DNA of 64,000 nucleotides, taken from contig MFEL01000008.1 in the NCBI GenBank assembly GCA_001777575.1, positions 42,634 through 106,633 on the forward strand. The letters are read 5' to 3'. The stretch is from Candidatus Doudnabacteria bacterium RIFCSPHIGHO2_01_FULL_46_24. GTDB taxonomy: Bacteria; Patescibacteriota; Doudnabacteria; UBA920; O2-02-FULL-48-8. Shown here in pieces: positions 1-9,959 of this stretch. Positions within the stretch are counted from its first letter, which is position 1. Every line of letters starts with the position of its first letter. The notes beneath the pieces are model-generated. The model had not been told where the DNA came from, did not search any database, and saw nothing but the letters and a program-made list of their open reading frames with translations. The position numbers and the translations under genes were made by a program.

Positions 1-105
1 CGACCGGCTAAAATTCACCCAAACCCACCCGTCAGCCAAACTAGTTAAGGAAGCAAAAAATCAATTCAGGCAGCTGATTATGCTGGTCTATCAGGAACCT
101 TAAAC

Positions 106-1539
106 ATGCAATTATTCGCAATTCTAATCCTGGGAGCTATTCTCCGCCTTTATCACAACATTTCCGTTGCACTCTGGCATGATGAGGCTTTTTCCGCGCT
201 CTACATCCGCTATCCATGGGGAGAGATGTTGGGCAGAATCATTGCCGACGTTCACCCTCCACTCTATTACTTCATTCTGCGGTTCTGGTCGTACATTTTC
301 GGCCAATCCCTCCTCTCCCTGCGCGGACTTTCAATTTTATTCGGCATCGCCACTATTTGGATGGGCTTTGTGCTGTTCAAGCAAATTTTTAGCAACAAAA
401 AATGGGCTTTGCTAGCCGCATTGCTAATAGCCATCAACCCATTTCAAATACAATATGCCTTGGAGGCCCGCATGTATACTTTGGGCACTTTCTTGTCGCT
501 TGTCACTTGTTACTTGTTACTCAAAGCCCTCGAGAACGACCAGCGAAAATATTGGGTCTGGTACGGCATCACCGCTGCGCTCACGCTCTACACGCACTAT
601 TTCCTGTTTTTCACTGTTGCCGCGCAAGTTATATACATCATTTATGTCTGGTTCAAAAAAAGAATCAGTCTAAAAAATCCCCTGCTGTCCGGCATCATTG
701 TGGCCGCAATGTATGCACCGTGGCTGCCTTCATTTCTAGTCCAGAACCGACGGGTGTCAGAAGCGTATTGGATTCCAGAAATGGATCGCTGGGCGATTCC
801 GGGCACCGTTTGGAAAATGATATTTGGTGGGCAAAATGTTTCCCGCCCCCTTTTAATTTTGACAACTCTGGCATGTATTGCCTTGCTTATCTACTTTTGG
901 CGTAAAACAAAATCCGAAACCAAATTCCTGATTCTATTCTCCTTGCTCGTCCCCTTTCTGGGTTCTATCTTAATCTCGCTCAAAACCTCCATCTACCTTG
1001 ACCGTTATTTCGTGTTTGCGGGTTTGTTCTTGATTGCCGCTATCGCCGCAGCGTTAATGCAAGTTCCAAATTACAGCGTGCGCAGAATCCTGGCCGCGGT
1101 TTTGGTAATTTTAAGCCTTGCGATGTTTTTCAAAAATTGGAAGGAACTGAACATCAAAAACAAGCCGGGTATGGCTGCGGCAAGCCGGATCATAAATGAA
1201 CAGGCGACGAAAGACGACAAAATTTATGTCGGCTCAAGCTTCATTTTTTTCACATTCAGATACTACAATGAAACCGGAATTAAGCCCTTGCTTTATTCCT
1301 CCGGCTCCCTCGAAACAATTCCGCACTTCTCTGGCACGGCGCTTCTTACAAACGACGATTTAATTTTGGATTTCAAGCAAGCGGAAAAAAACGACCGAGT
1401 TTGGCTGCTCTGGACCACCGGCTTTGGCGCCAGCAAGCCCAATGTCCCGGGAAATTGGAGCATTGTCTCCGAGCATGAATTCCAGGACACCCCTGACTTC
1501 AAAGGTAAAATCGTGGTCACCGAGTACCACGTCAATTAA
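106..1539 (+). CDS. GT-C fold glycosyltransferase, ArnT/PMT (GT39/GT83)-like polytopic membrane protein
   Basis: Multiple predicted TM helices. N-terminal LRLYHNISVALWHDEAF...PPLYYFILRFW motif is typical of ArnT/PMT-family transferases. ATG at 106. Confidence 0.65.
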   Translation: MQLFAILILGAILRLYHNISVALWHDEAFSALYIRYPWGEMLGRIIADVHPPLYYFILRFWSYIFGQSLLSLRGLSILFGIATIWMGFVLFKQIFSNKKWALLAALLIAINPFQIQYALEARMYTLGTFLSLVTCYLLLKALENDQRKYWVWYGITAALTLYTHYFLFFTVAAQVIYIIYVWFKKRISLKNPLLSGIIVAAMYAPWLPSFLVQNRRVSEAYWIPEMDRWAIPGTVWKMIFGGQNVSRPLLILTTLACIALLIYFWRKTKSETKFLILFSLLVPFLGSILISLKTSIYLDRYFVFAGLFLIAAIAAALMQVPNYSVRRILAAVLVILSLAMFFKNWKELNIKNKPGMAAASRIINEQATKDDKIYVGSSFIFFTFRYYNETGIKPLLYSSGSLETIPHFSGTALLTNDDLILDFKQAEKNDRVWLLWTTGFGASKPNVPGNWSIVSEHEFQDTPDFKGKIVVTEYHVN

Positions 1540-1586
1540 AGCACTTGTTCGAAATTTTGAAATACTGAACTGACTAATAATGTTTG

Positions 1587-1775
1587 TTAAACAAATCCTT
1601 CACTGCACCGTAGTAGTGAAGTATTTTTTTTATTCCCTACTAAACGATACCTACACCCTATTAACTTTTCGCACAATCCCCTTATTCGCATCCACGTGGT
1701 CCCGACGACGCAAGGAATATTCATTTCTCTGGCAATAATCGAAGCGTGAGATAAAGCTCCTGGGTAGTCAGTCAC
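1587..1775 (-). pseudogene. Remnant of a PEP-utilising enzyme mobile domain (PPDK/PEP synthase/PtsI-like), truncated and probably frameshifted
   Basis: The translation KRVRGIVTDYPGALSHASIIAREMNIPCVVGT matches the conserved GGRTSHAAIIARELGIPCVVG phospho-histidine motif. There is no N- or C-terminal catalytic domain. An alternative frame after VVGT (DHVDANKGIVRKV) resembles the domain end, which suggests a frameshift. Confidence 0.45.
1598..1632 (+). terminator. Rho-independent terminator-like hairpin downstream of the glycosyltransferase gene
   Basis: Stem cttcact / agtgaag with a 10-nt loop, followed by a run of 9 T, about 60 nt after the stop at 1539. Confidence 0.5.
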
Positions 1776-1878
1776 AATTCCCCTGACTCTCTTGAAGACG
1801 GCATAATTTTTGGCTTAGTCAAAGAATATCTGCCATACCGCATCGTTTTGCAACTCGCGGCGTTCAAAAATCGTTTCT

Positions 1879-2565
1879 CTATCCATGAATTATTGTCCCC
1901 TTAAACTTCCTCCCTGAAAGGAAGTTTTTTAGATTTGAAATCGGATTGCCGTTGAGCATGATTACGGTCAGCCCTAATTTTTGCGCCAGTTTCGAAGCAA
2001 TAGGATCAAACGGCAGATTGGCTCCCGGATGCCACTTGTTGCCTACTAATTTCCGAAATTCTGGCCAAGTTACAGTTTTAAGCGGCTTGGCGTTTCGGCG
2101 CTTAGATGGATCCTTATCGTAAACATAGTCAATATTGCTTAAATTCAAAATTGTTTTTACGCCATATTTGTGAGCCAAAACCACAGCGTCATGATCAGTA
2201 GAAAACCCCGGCCGGAACCCTGCCGCTATGACAATAGGCCTGCTGACTCTTTGCGGCTTGTAGGGATTGGTATTGATTTCAGGATGAGCTAAATTGCGAA
2301 AAATCGTGCGCAGGAGGTGCCCATTTAAGCGCGTCGAATGGATGCCCAACCAGTCCAAATCGTCACGATTGAGCATGCGTAATTCCCTAGCCGCCGCGGC
2401 ATAACGACGCGCGATTTTTCCGCCCCCAGTAATCAGGACAAATTTCCTGCCTCGGCGAACCTCAGCCTCAATAACCCTCTTAAATTCAGACAAAAACCTT
2501 ACATCAATCTGTTCCGGCACAATTAGCGAGCCGCCCAGAGAAATCACGAACCTTTCCGTCTTCAT
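1879..2565 (-). CDS. pyrH: UMP kinase (amino-acid kinase family)
   Basis: 228 aa. The N-terminal ISLGGSLI motif and GGG...ARRY motifs are typical of uridylate kinase. Confidence 0.6.
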   Translation of the reverse strand: MKTERFVISLGGSLIVPEQIDVRFLSEFKRVIEAEVRRGRKFVLITGGGKIARRYAAAARELRMLNRDDLDWLGIHSTRLNGHLLRTIFRNLAHPEINTNPYKPQRVSRPIVIAAGFRPGFSTDHDAVVLAHKYGVKTILNLSNIDYVYDKDPSKRRNAKPLKTVTWPEFRKLVGNKWHPGANLPFDPIASKLAQKLGLTVIMLNGNPISNLKNFLSGRKFKGTIIHG

Positions 2566-3482
2566 TTTTGTTCTCCTTCCGCTGCCGCGGGAATTTGCGC
2601 GCAGGGTGTTGACTTAAAACAATAATAAACCCATTTTTCGCTTCTCATGTCAACGTAAGCCAATCTGGCGCGGTCCTTGGCTGGAATTTGTTTTGACAAT
2701 AACATGCTTAACCCGGATAGTTGGGAATATACCGAGCGGTTGACGTCAAAAAAAGCCGACCACTCTTCCGCGGAAATAAATTGCACTTCATTGGCATATT
2801 TGCTGGTCAATTTGATCGAGTTGACCCTTGTCGCTATCTTGGATGGCCAAGATTTGTGCATGGATAAAATAAATGCAGTCAATTTGGTGTTCGATAAATA
2901 CTCTCCCACCACAACATCTTCTTCAGTTTGCAAAGCCACTTCGGGAAGCCCGTGATTTTCAACGGTTTCCCGGATTACAGTGCCGCTTTCGTCAACCAAG
3001 AATTTCCTATCCTTCACAGCCAGCACAAAACCCGGCACGCGCTCCTTGATTTCGATTTCGATCCGGCGAAACCCGATTCGGTCGGATTTAACCACTTCTT
3101 GTATTTCCGGCAGCGCATTGGTCAACATCTTGTTGACCCTGCCGCGGGTTAAGAGCAGGTAATGGTTCTTTTTGACAAGCAGCAAGCGATTGTTGCCGAT
3201 GGCTTCCAGAGCCTGCTGGATCTGTCCCTGTGTGACCTGACTATTGCCTGCCACCGCCACCTCCGTGATGACAAACCGACTGGAAACGACAAGATAGTAA
3301 ACTATGATGAGCGCCAAAACAATAAGCAACCATTTCAAAAATCTGAAGCGGAAAAGAAAATAGCGAACCGGCGCCAAACTCCGCTTGTAGTTTTGAGCCT
3401 GCCTCAGCCGCGATCGGAATTCCCGTCCCCCGAACCGACGGTGCGGCTCCAGTTTCCTTCTATGCTTCGAAAAAATTTTCAT
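2562..3482 (-). CDS. ftsQ: Cell division protein FtsQ/DivIB-like (single TM + POTRA-like domain)
   Basis: N-terminal basic region, one TM helix, then a periplasmic domain. It lies in the ddl/mur cluster. Overlaps pyrH by 4 nt. Confidence 0.5.
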   Translation of the reverse strand: MKIFSKHRRKLEPHRRFGGREFRSRLRQAQNYKRSLAPVRYFLFRFRFLKWLLIVLALIIVYYLVVSSRFVITEVAVAGNSQVTQGQIQQALEAIGNNRLLLVKKNHYLLLTRGRVNKMLTNALPEIQEVVKSDRIGFRRIEIEIKERVPGFVLAVKDRKFLVDESGTVIRETVENHGLPEVALQTEEDVVVGEYLSNTKLTAFILSMHKSWPSKIATRVNSIKLTSKYANEVQFISAEEWSAFFDVNRSVYSQLSGLSMLLSKQIPAKDRARLAYVDMRSEKWVYYCFKSTPCAQIPAAAEGEQK

Positions 3483-4534
3483 ATAATCATGCTTTTGAGG
3501 TCTTTGGGGATTTTGCTATGAATCTTGGGCTGTTTAGCCACGGTTATCATATCTTCTATTCTAACACCAAATTTGCCCGGCAGATAAATTCCAGGCTCAA
3601 CAGTCACCACGGAATTGACTTTCAGGACATCCTCAGAAGCGGGTGAAAAGTTGGGTTGTTCGTGAATTTCCAAACCTACGCCATGGCCGGTATTGTGGGT
3701 GAAATATTTGCCAAAACCGGCTTGGGTGATAACTTTGCGCGCGGTTTGATCAACCAACGAAGCTTTGTTGCCTATCTGGACTTTCGCGATGGCCTTAAGT
3801 TGGGAGTGTAAAACTGTTTCGTAAACTTTGGCTTGAAAACCTGTTGGCCGGCCAAGAAACAGGGTTCGTGTGAAGTCTGAGTGGTAATTTCCGACTTTGA
3901 AGCCGAAATCCAAAAGCAAAAAATTATTTCTGCCGACTCTGGTCTTGCTGGGAAAATGATGCGGGCTGGCTGCGTTGGAACCAAAAGCTACTATGGGATC
4001 GAAAGCCAAGCCTTCTGCGTCCAACTCTGTCCCATATTTCAAAATCAGTCCTGCAATTTTTGCTTCGGTTAACTCATATTTATTTATATATGCGCGTATA
4101 TACTTTTTTATTTGCTCAAAAGTCTTATCAATAATTGCACTGCCTCGCTCAATCGCCTTAAGCTGTGCTTTGGTCTTTACTGCTCGCACGTTCTCGATGA
4201 CATTAGCAGTTGATTTCCAACTAACCCCTTTCCCAATTTTCTTGAGGCTGGCAAACTCCCGCAAACTGATCCGATCCTCAATCGCGATTTTTTTATACTT
4301 AGCAAGAACCAAGTCTTTGCTAAGTCTTTCTAATTTTCTCACCGGCATGCCTGACTCTTTTTTTGCGCGCAAAAAATACCTCCCGTCAACATACAAAACC
4401 GCCTCGCGCTTGCTTATTACTAAATACCCGGCTGACCCCGTAAATCCCGAAAGATACTGCCGATTGATTTTGGTCAACACCAAAAAAGCATCCAGTTTTT
4501 TTTCAACCAGATAATCATGGATTTGGTTTGTCAT
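3479..4534 (-). CDS. Xaa-Pro aminopeptidase / M24B family metallopeptidase
   Basis: C-terminal HNTGHGVGLEIHE and GVRIEDM motifs of the M24 pita-bread fold. Has the N-terminal creatinase-like domain. Confidence 0.8.
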   Translation of the reverse strand: MTNQIHDYLVEKKLDAFLVLTKINRQYLSGFTGSAGYLVISKREAVLYVDGRYFLRAKKESGMPVRKLERLSKDLVLAKYKKIAIEDRISLREFASLKKIGKGVSWKSTANVIENVRAVKTKAQLKAIERGSAIIDKTFEQIKKYIRAYINKYELTEAKIAGLILKYGTELDAEGLAFDPIVAFGSNAASPHHFPSKTRVGRNNFLLLDFGFKVGNYHSDFTRTLFLGRPTGFQAKVYETVLHSQLKAIAKVQIGNKASLVDQTARKVITQAGFGKYFTHNTGHGVGLEIHEQPNFSPASEDVLKVNSVVTVEPGIYLPGKFGVRIEDMITVAKQPKIHSKIPKDLKSMII

Positions 4535-5681
4535 CCCTTATTTGTAATTTAATGGATTTGGTTGAATCGAGAAGGGAGGATTCGAACGTGGAAATGTAAG
4601 AATTTCGTTGCTGATGCTTTTCTTGGGCCAATTTAAGCAGGGCAGTCACGACTTCTTCCAATTCCATGCCCGAAGCTTTCCAGAGGTGGTGGTAAAGCGT
4701 TCCCGGCATAGTATTGATCTCATTGGCAAAATACTGCTCAGTTTGCTTATTATACAAAAAATCAACGCGGGCGATGCCGCTGCAGCCGAATTTTTTAAAA
4801 ATTTCCACGGCCAGATTCCGGATTTCTGAAGTTGTTTTGTCATCCAGCCTGGCAGGAATAATGATGTTCTGCTGGGCATTGCCCAACTGTGCGCCGCCGT
4901 CTTTGAGATATTTCTCGTCATAGGAGAATAATTCACTTTCAAACACCGATTCTTGCAGCAGCGATGGGCTGGCGTCGTCATTGCCAAGCACAGCGCAGGT
5001 GACATCCATCAAATTTTCTACGGTTTCTTCCACCAAAAAACGCTCGCCGTAGTGTGCGGCAACCTCAATCGCTTCCTCCAACTCCTTGGGATTTTTTGCT
5101 TTGGCAATTCCGATGGACGAGCCAAGCTTGGCTGGTTTGACAAACAACGGCCACCTAAACTTGCTTGCCTCGTTCATTATTGCACTCTTGTTTTTTTGCC
5201 ACTCTCGGGTGGAGTAAAACAAAAATTTGGCCGTTGGTATGCCAAGTTTCTCATAAAGCTGCTTGGTCAGAATCTTGTCCATGGTCACCGCCGAAGAAAC
5301 CACGTCACAGCCGACGTAAGGCAGGTTAAAAATTTCAAACAAGCCTTGGATTGTGCCGTCTTCGCCGTTCATGCCGTGAAAAGCCGGAAAAGCCAGCTCG
5401 ATTTCGTATCGTTTTTTTAGCAATCCTACCGACGCAAATACCATCTTGCCGTTGCTTGACTGCAAATCCAAAACAAACTTGCTGCGTTTCGGGAGAGGGA
5501 ATTGCTGAAAAAATTTCAGGCTCCCCAGTTCTTCGCCGACATTCCAATCTCCGTCTTTGTCCAAATAAACCGGAGTCACTTTGTGCCCCAGCTTCCTAAG
5601 CGTGGAAATTATGAGCTGCCCAGTAATGATTGAGATATCATGTTCCGGGCTGCGGCTCCCAAAAAATACCCCGATATTCAT
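4515..5681 (-). CDS. ddl: D-alanine--D-alanine ligase
   Basis: MNIGVFFGSRSPEHDISIITG N-terminus and ATP-grasp motifs. Adjacent to murF. Confidence 0.85.
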   Translation of the reverse strand: MNIGVFFGSRSPEHDISIITGQLIISTLRKLGHKVTPVYLDKDGDWNVGEELGSLKFFQQFPLPKRSKFVLDLQSSNGKMVFASVGLLKKRYEIELAFPAFHGMNGEDGTIQGLFEIFNLPYVGCDVVSSAVTMDKILTKQLYEKLGIPTAKFLFYSTREWQKNKSAIMNEASKFRWPLFVKPAKLGSSIGIAKAKNPKELEEAIEVAAHYGERFLVEETVENLMDVTCAVLGNDDASPSLLQESVFESELFSYDEKYLKDGGAQLGNAQQNIIIPARLDDKTTSEIRNLAVEIFKKFGCSGIARVDFLYNKQTEQYFANEINTMPGTLYHHLWKASGMELEEVVTALLKLAQEKHQQRNSYISTFESSLLDSTKSIKLQIRDDKPNP

Positions 5682-5787
5682 AAGTGTGATGCGAATTTAC
5701 GAATTTCATGCGAATGCTGCGAATATGCAAATCTTGGCGTTAGTCCATTCGCATATTTGTAGATTCGCATACATTCGCAGATTCGTA
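5682..5787 (-). repeat. Intergenic repeat family 1, copy A (gcgaat/ttgtagattcgcat words)
   Basis: Shares architecture and about 70% identity with 57898-58020 and 58393-58508. Fills the whole ddl-murF spacer. Confidence 0.7.
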
Positions 5788-7128
5788 TCATGTATAATTC
5801 TCCGGCCAATCGTTTTGAAACAAAATGACGTCTCCCGGCTTTACGATGCTCTTAATTGCATTGTGCGCTAGATGGGCTGATCCGAACCATTTGATGTTTT
5901 CGGATTTGAAGCCTTCCTGCAACAAACCCTGTTCAATAAATGGCGTAGCCGAATTTTTAATCAATATGACCACATCCGCCGCATGCGCCAATTGCTTGCC
6001 GATTTCTTTGTGCACCGCTTCGGTTCGGCTGCCCATCTCCACCAAACCAGGTGTGACATAAATTTTTCGCTTATCCTGAAAACCTGCCAAAACTTTTATT
6101 GCCTCTGCCGCCCCATCCGGATTACCATTGTAACTGTCATCAATTACCACCACCCCATTCGAGTTGGGCAGAATTTGAAGGCGATGCGGAATCTGCTTAA
6201 TTTTGCCAATACCGTCACGAATTTCCAACTCGCTTAAACCCAATTCTTTAGCAATTATAACACAGGCGTTGACAACACCCCAAGCGTAACTGCCCAGAAG
6301 CGGCATTTTCACATTTGGAAGCATCTGCAATTCTTTGGAATACCAGAAAACTGGACGCTCGCCAAGATATTTTTGATAGTTTTGCTTGATCAACTCACTG
6401 TCAGAATTCAAAACCACCAACGCCTGCGACTTGGAATTGACGACGATTTCAAACTTAGCCGCAATGGTGTTCTTAATCCCACCAAACAGCTCCAGGTGCG
6501 CTTCATTGATTCCGGTCAGCAACACAATGTCCGGCTGGGCAATAGCGCAAAGCTGAAAAATATCTCCCCTTTTATATGCCCCCATCTCAACGACAAAGAG
6601 CTCGATGTCACCATCAAGCTTATCTAAAATCAGTCGCGAGATTCCCAGCGGAGTATTGATATTTTCCGGCGTGGTTAGGACTTTGAAACGTTGGGATAAA
6701 ACGGCAGACAGGCTTTCCTTCATCGTGGTTTTGCCGAAACTGCCAGTAATGCCGATGATCTTAAGTTTTGGCAGTGTCCGCATTTTTGTCCTAGCCTGAG
6801 CAACTATATAATGCTTAATGGCAAAATCCAGGGGAAAGAGAATGAGCACGGATAAACTTAAAAATATGGGAGCCAACAGGTTTGCCCAAATCAGCCACAG
6901 GAACAGGAAAGCCACAACAAACCAGGGGCCGGTAAATAGGGCTTCAAAATAAGCAACAGTTGCCGCAAATAAAATTGATAATGTCAAAATCGCCAAGGCT
7001 TTGGGCGTCCAGACTATTTTTTTTCGAGGCGCTTGTTTGACCTTAAACACGCCCTTCCAGTAGCGGAGCAGGCTATAATTATTCAGTTGTAAAAAATACA
7101 ATTGGTGCAAGATTGGCCAGCGCGTCAT
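5788..7128 (-). CDS. murF: Mur ligase, MurF-like (UDP-MurNAc-tripeptide--D-Ala-D-Ala ligase), with an atypical N-terminal membrane region
   Basis: GITGSFGKTT P-loop at about residue 128. Central and C-terminal Mur ligase domains are present. The first ~100 aa are hydrophobic TM segments instead of the usual MurF N-domain. Sits next to ddl. Confidence 0.75.
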   Translation of the reverse strand: MTRWPILHQLYFLQLNNYSLLRYWKGVFKVKQAPRKKIVWTPKALAILTLSILFAATVAYFEALFTGPWFVVAFLFLWLIWANLLAPIFLSLSVLILFPLDFAIKHYIVAQARTKMRTLPKLKIIGITGSFGKTTMKESLSAVLSQRFKVLTTPENINTPLGISRLILDKLDGDIELFVVEMGAYKRGDIFQLCAIAQPDIVLLTGINEAHLELFGGIKNTIAAKFEIVVNSKSQALVVLNSDSELIKQNYQKYLGERPVFWYSKELQMLPNVKMPLLGSYAWGVVNACVIIAKELGLSELEIRDGIGKIKQIPHRLQILPNSNGVVVIDDSYNGNPDGAAEAIKVLAGFQDKRKIYVTPGLVEMGSRTEAVHKEIGKQLAHAADVVILIKNSATPFIEQGLLQEGFKSENIKWFGSAHLAHNAIKSIVKPGDVILFQNDWPENYT

Positions 7129-7901
7129 AAGACAAAACCTTCCAAGGCTTTAATAAAACCGGGAGAGTCATCCAGAAAGCTAAAATGCCCGGTAGACGGC
7201 AAAACCACCAGCCGCGACGCTGGGATCAAATCCTTCATTCGATTGCCGAATTCAAGGGGTGTTTCTCGATCCAGCTGGCCCCAAACTAACAGGGTAGGGG
7301 TTTTGATTTTGGGCAAATATGCAGTCACATCCTCATTTATGACCTTAATAAAGGTTTCTTTGAGCTTGCCGCTTGAAGTGTAATCAGAGGCGCCAATTAT
7401 CTTGTAACCGAACCTTCTAAGCCCGCTTAGGCCAGGCAGGAATAAAATTGGCTTAAACAGCTTCATAATTGCTAAAACTGAATATTTCTTGAGACTTGTG
7501 TCCTTAAATCCCGCGCAGTCAACCAAAACCAGCTTTGAAATCAGTTCCGGATACGCGCTGGCAAGCTTGATGGCAATTCTGCCGCCGAATGAGTGCCCGA
7601 TTATTGCAGCGCTTTGAATTTCAAGCTTGGCCATAAAACTTTTCACCACCTCGGCATAATCACCGACGCTGAAAGGCCGCTGTGGCAGCTGGGAGCGGCC
7701 AAACCCCGGCAAATCCAAAGCATAAAATTTAACACTCCTGGAATCAAACACTTCTAGAATGGGCTGCCACGAAAGAGCACTGCCCTGCCAGCCGTGTAAA
7801 AAAACAGCCGTGGCTGCGGCAGCAGGAGGCTCGTTGCAGTAATAAGTCACTGATAAGCCGCTAACGATTATTTGACGCGGAGAGATGGACATGCTTGCCA
7901 A
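7125..7901 (-). CDS. Alpha/beta-fold hydrolase
   Basis: HGWQGS oxyanion region, GHSFGG nucleophile elbow, and a C-terminal His. Confidence 0.7.
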   Translation of the reverse strand: MASMSISPRQIIVSGLSVTYYCNEPPAAAATAVFLHGWQGSALSWQPILEVFDSRSVKFYALDLPGFGRSQLPQRPFSVGDYAEVVKSFMAKLEIQSAAIIGHSFGGRIAIKLASAYPELISKLVLVDCAGFKDTSLKKYSVLAIMKLFKPILFLPGLSGLRRFGYKIIGASDYTSSGKLKETFIKVINEDVTAYLPKIKTPTLLVWGQLDRETPLEFGNRMKDLIPASRLVVLPSTGHFSFLDDSPGFIKALEGFVL

Positions 7902-8658
7902 ACCATTTTTTTGCCAATTTGGAATAACCCGGGTTTAATTTCGTCACTTCCAAGATTATTTTTCCGCTTTTGCCAAGCTGGCTTTGAATTTCCGGATGCC
8001 GTTTGAGGTAACTTTCAAGCTTTCCAGACAGCAAATCTTCCTGCGCGATTATCTTAACATTTTTGGGCAAACCAGCGCGAATTTGCTTTCGAATCAGCCC
8101 GTAATGGGTGCAGCCCAGAATCAGGGCCTGGATGCGATTGGCAATAAGCGGTCTGAGGTAAATTTTTAACGGCTCAACCGTGCGGTTGAGGCGTTGAGCT
8201 TCGATTAGGTCCACCAGCGCGGGAGTAGCAACGGCAAATAGTTTAACGTCGGGATCAATATTCTCTAATTCGCGGCGGTATGCGCCAGAGGCCACGGTCT
8301 GGCGCGTGCCTATGAGCCCCACCCTACGGATGTTTCCGATAGTTTCCACGGTCGGCCGGATGATTCCCAAAATTTTCCTGCCCTTAAATCGCGAATGAGG
8401 TAAATAATCTTGCTGTAACTTTCGCAGCGCTTCTGACGAGACGGTATTGCAAGCAATGACCACCAGCGCGCAATCCTGCTTGAACATGTGCTCAACGGTC
8501 CTCACCGCCAATTTATAAATCTGAGCTTGGGACTTATTGCCATACGGCAAATTTTTGGTATCACCCAGATATAGATAATCGTATTGGGGCAGTTGGCGGG
8601 CAAGCTTCCTCAAAATCATCAACCCGCCCAGACCCGAGTCAAAAATTCCAATCTTCAT
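7861..8658 (-). CDS. murI: Glutamate racemase
   Basis: MKIGIFDSGLGGL and ACNTVS motifs. Confidence 0.85.
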   Translation of the reverse strand: MKIGIFDSGLGGLMILRKLARQLPQYDYLYLGDTKNLPYGNKSQAQIYKLAVRTVEHMFKQDCALVVIACNTVSSEALRKLQQDYLPHSRFKGRKILGIIRPTVETIGNIRRVGLIGTRQTVASGAYRRELENIDPDVKLFAVATPALVDLIEAQRLNRTVEPLKIYLRPLIANRIQALILGCTHYGLIRKQIRAGLPKNVKIIAQEDLLSGKLESYLKRHPEIQSQLGKSGKIILEVTKLNPGYSKLAKKWFGKHVHLSASNNR

Positions 8659-9959
8659 TACTGAATCACGTCAAATCCGGTAAATTCCTGCAAAGCTTTG
8701 GGGACGAGGATGGAGCCGTCAGCCTGCTGGTAATTTTCCATTATGGCGATGGCGGCGCGCATGGTGATGGCTGTGGCGTCATTGGTATGGAGCAGTTCCG
8801 TGGCACCGTCAGGCTTGCGGATCTTGATATTCAACCGGCGCGCTTGATAATCCGTCATCATGTCAGCCGTATGGGTTTCGCGGTAAAGTGCTTGTCCGGG
8901 AAGCCAGCAATTCAAATCCACTCCCCGGGCATTGGGATTACCAATGTCAGCAGTGCATTTCAGCAGCTTTTGGTATGGAATTTCCAAAACCTGCAGCAGA
9001 TACTCCTCAATCGCTACGAAAAACTGGTGCTCCTTGAATGAATTCTCAGCGGTGACAAAAGACTCCATCTCTACTTTGTCGAATTGGTGCAAGCGGATCA
9101 TACCCTTGACGTCTTTGCCGTAACTGCCGGCCTCGCGCCTAAAGCAGGTGGAAATACCGACATAGCGCAGGGGCAAATTTTTCTGGTCCAAAGCTTCGTC
9201 CGCATGCATGGAAACCAGCGTGTGTTCGGCGCTGCCGATAAGATACAAATCATCGTCCGGCAGATAATAACGCTCATTTTTATCCGCATCAGACAAACGC
9301 GCGGTTTTGCGGTAAATGTCAGACTTGATCATCACTGGCGGAATGATGGGAATGAACGGCTTGGCCGGATAGCCCTTTTCAACCGTGTCCGCAATTTTTT
9401 TCAAGGTCTGCTCGCTGGTCAACGTTCTAAGAACAAACTGGATCAAGGCCAGTTCTAAAATCGCCATGCCTCCCTTCCAATATCCGAACCTGCTGCCAGC
9501 CACTTTGGAGCCGCGCTTCATATCGACGACATCCAGCGCCTCTCCCAGCTCAAGATGGTCTTTGGGCTTAAACTTGAATTTCTTCGGTTTGCCCCACTCC
9601 GCCACGATTTGATTCTCAGTCTCATCCGCTCCCACCGGCACGTCCTTCCAAGGAATGTTGGGAATTTCGTACATAGCCAAGAGCCACCGGTCCTCCACTT
9701 CCTTAAGCTCCAGTTCCAGCTTGGAAAGCTTGTCTTTGATTTTCCTGCTTTCGTCGACCAGGCTGTCGTCCTTGCCTTTCTTCAGGTTTTTGGTGATTTC
9801 GTTGCGGCGGCTTCGAAGCGCCTCAGTCTCGATGATCAACTTCCGCCGCGTGTCGTCCAGGCTTAAAACTTCATCCAGGGCTTCAAGATTGGTTCCCTTG
9901 TCCTTGATCGCCTTGCGAACAACCTCTTGATTTTCCCTAATAAATTTTATGTCCAGCAT
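8658..9959 (-). CDS. serS: Seryl-tRNA synthetase
   Basis: N-terminal coiled-coil arm (MLDIKFIRENQE...) and class II core motifs. Confidence 0.9.
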   Translation of the reverse strand: MLDIKFIRENQEVVRKAIKDKGTNLEALDEVLSLDDTRRKLIIETEALRSRRNEITKNLKKGKDDSLVDESRKIKDKLSKLELELKEVEDRWLLAMYEIPNIPWKDVPVGADETENQIVAEWGKPKKFKFKPKDHLELGEALDVVDMKRGSKVAGSRFGYWKGGMAILELALIQFVLRTLTSEQTLKKIADTVEKGYPAKPFIPIIPPVMIKSDIYRKTARLSDADKNERYYLPDDDLYLIGSAEHTLVSMHADEALDQKNLPLRYVGISTCFRREAGSYGKDVKGMIRLHQFDKVEMESFVTAENSFKEHQFFVAIEEYLLQVLEIPYQKLLKCTADIGNPNARGVDLNCWLPGQALYRETHTADMMTDYQARRLNIKIRKPDGATELLHTNDATAITMRAAIAIMENYQQADGSILVPKALQEFTGFDVIQ

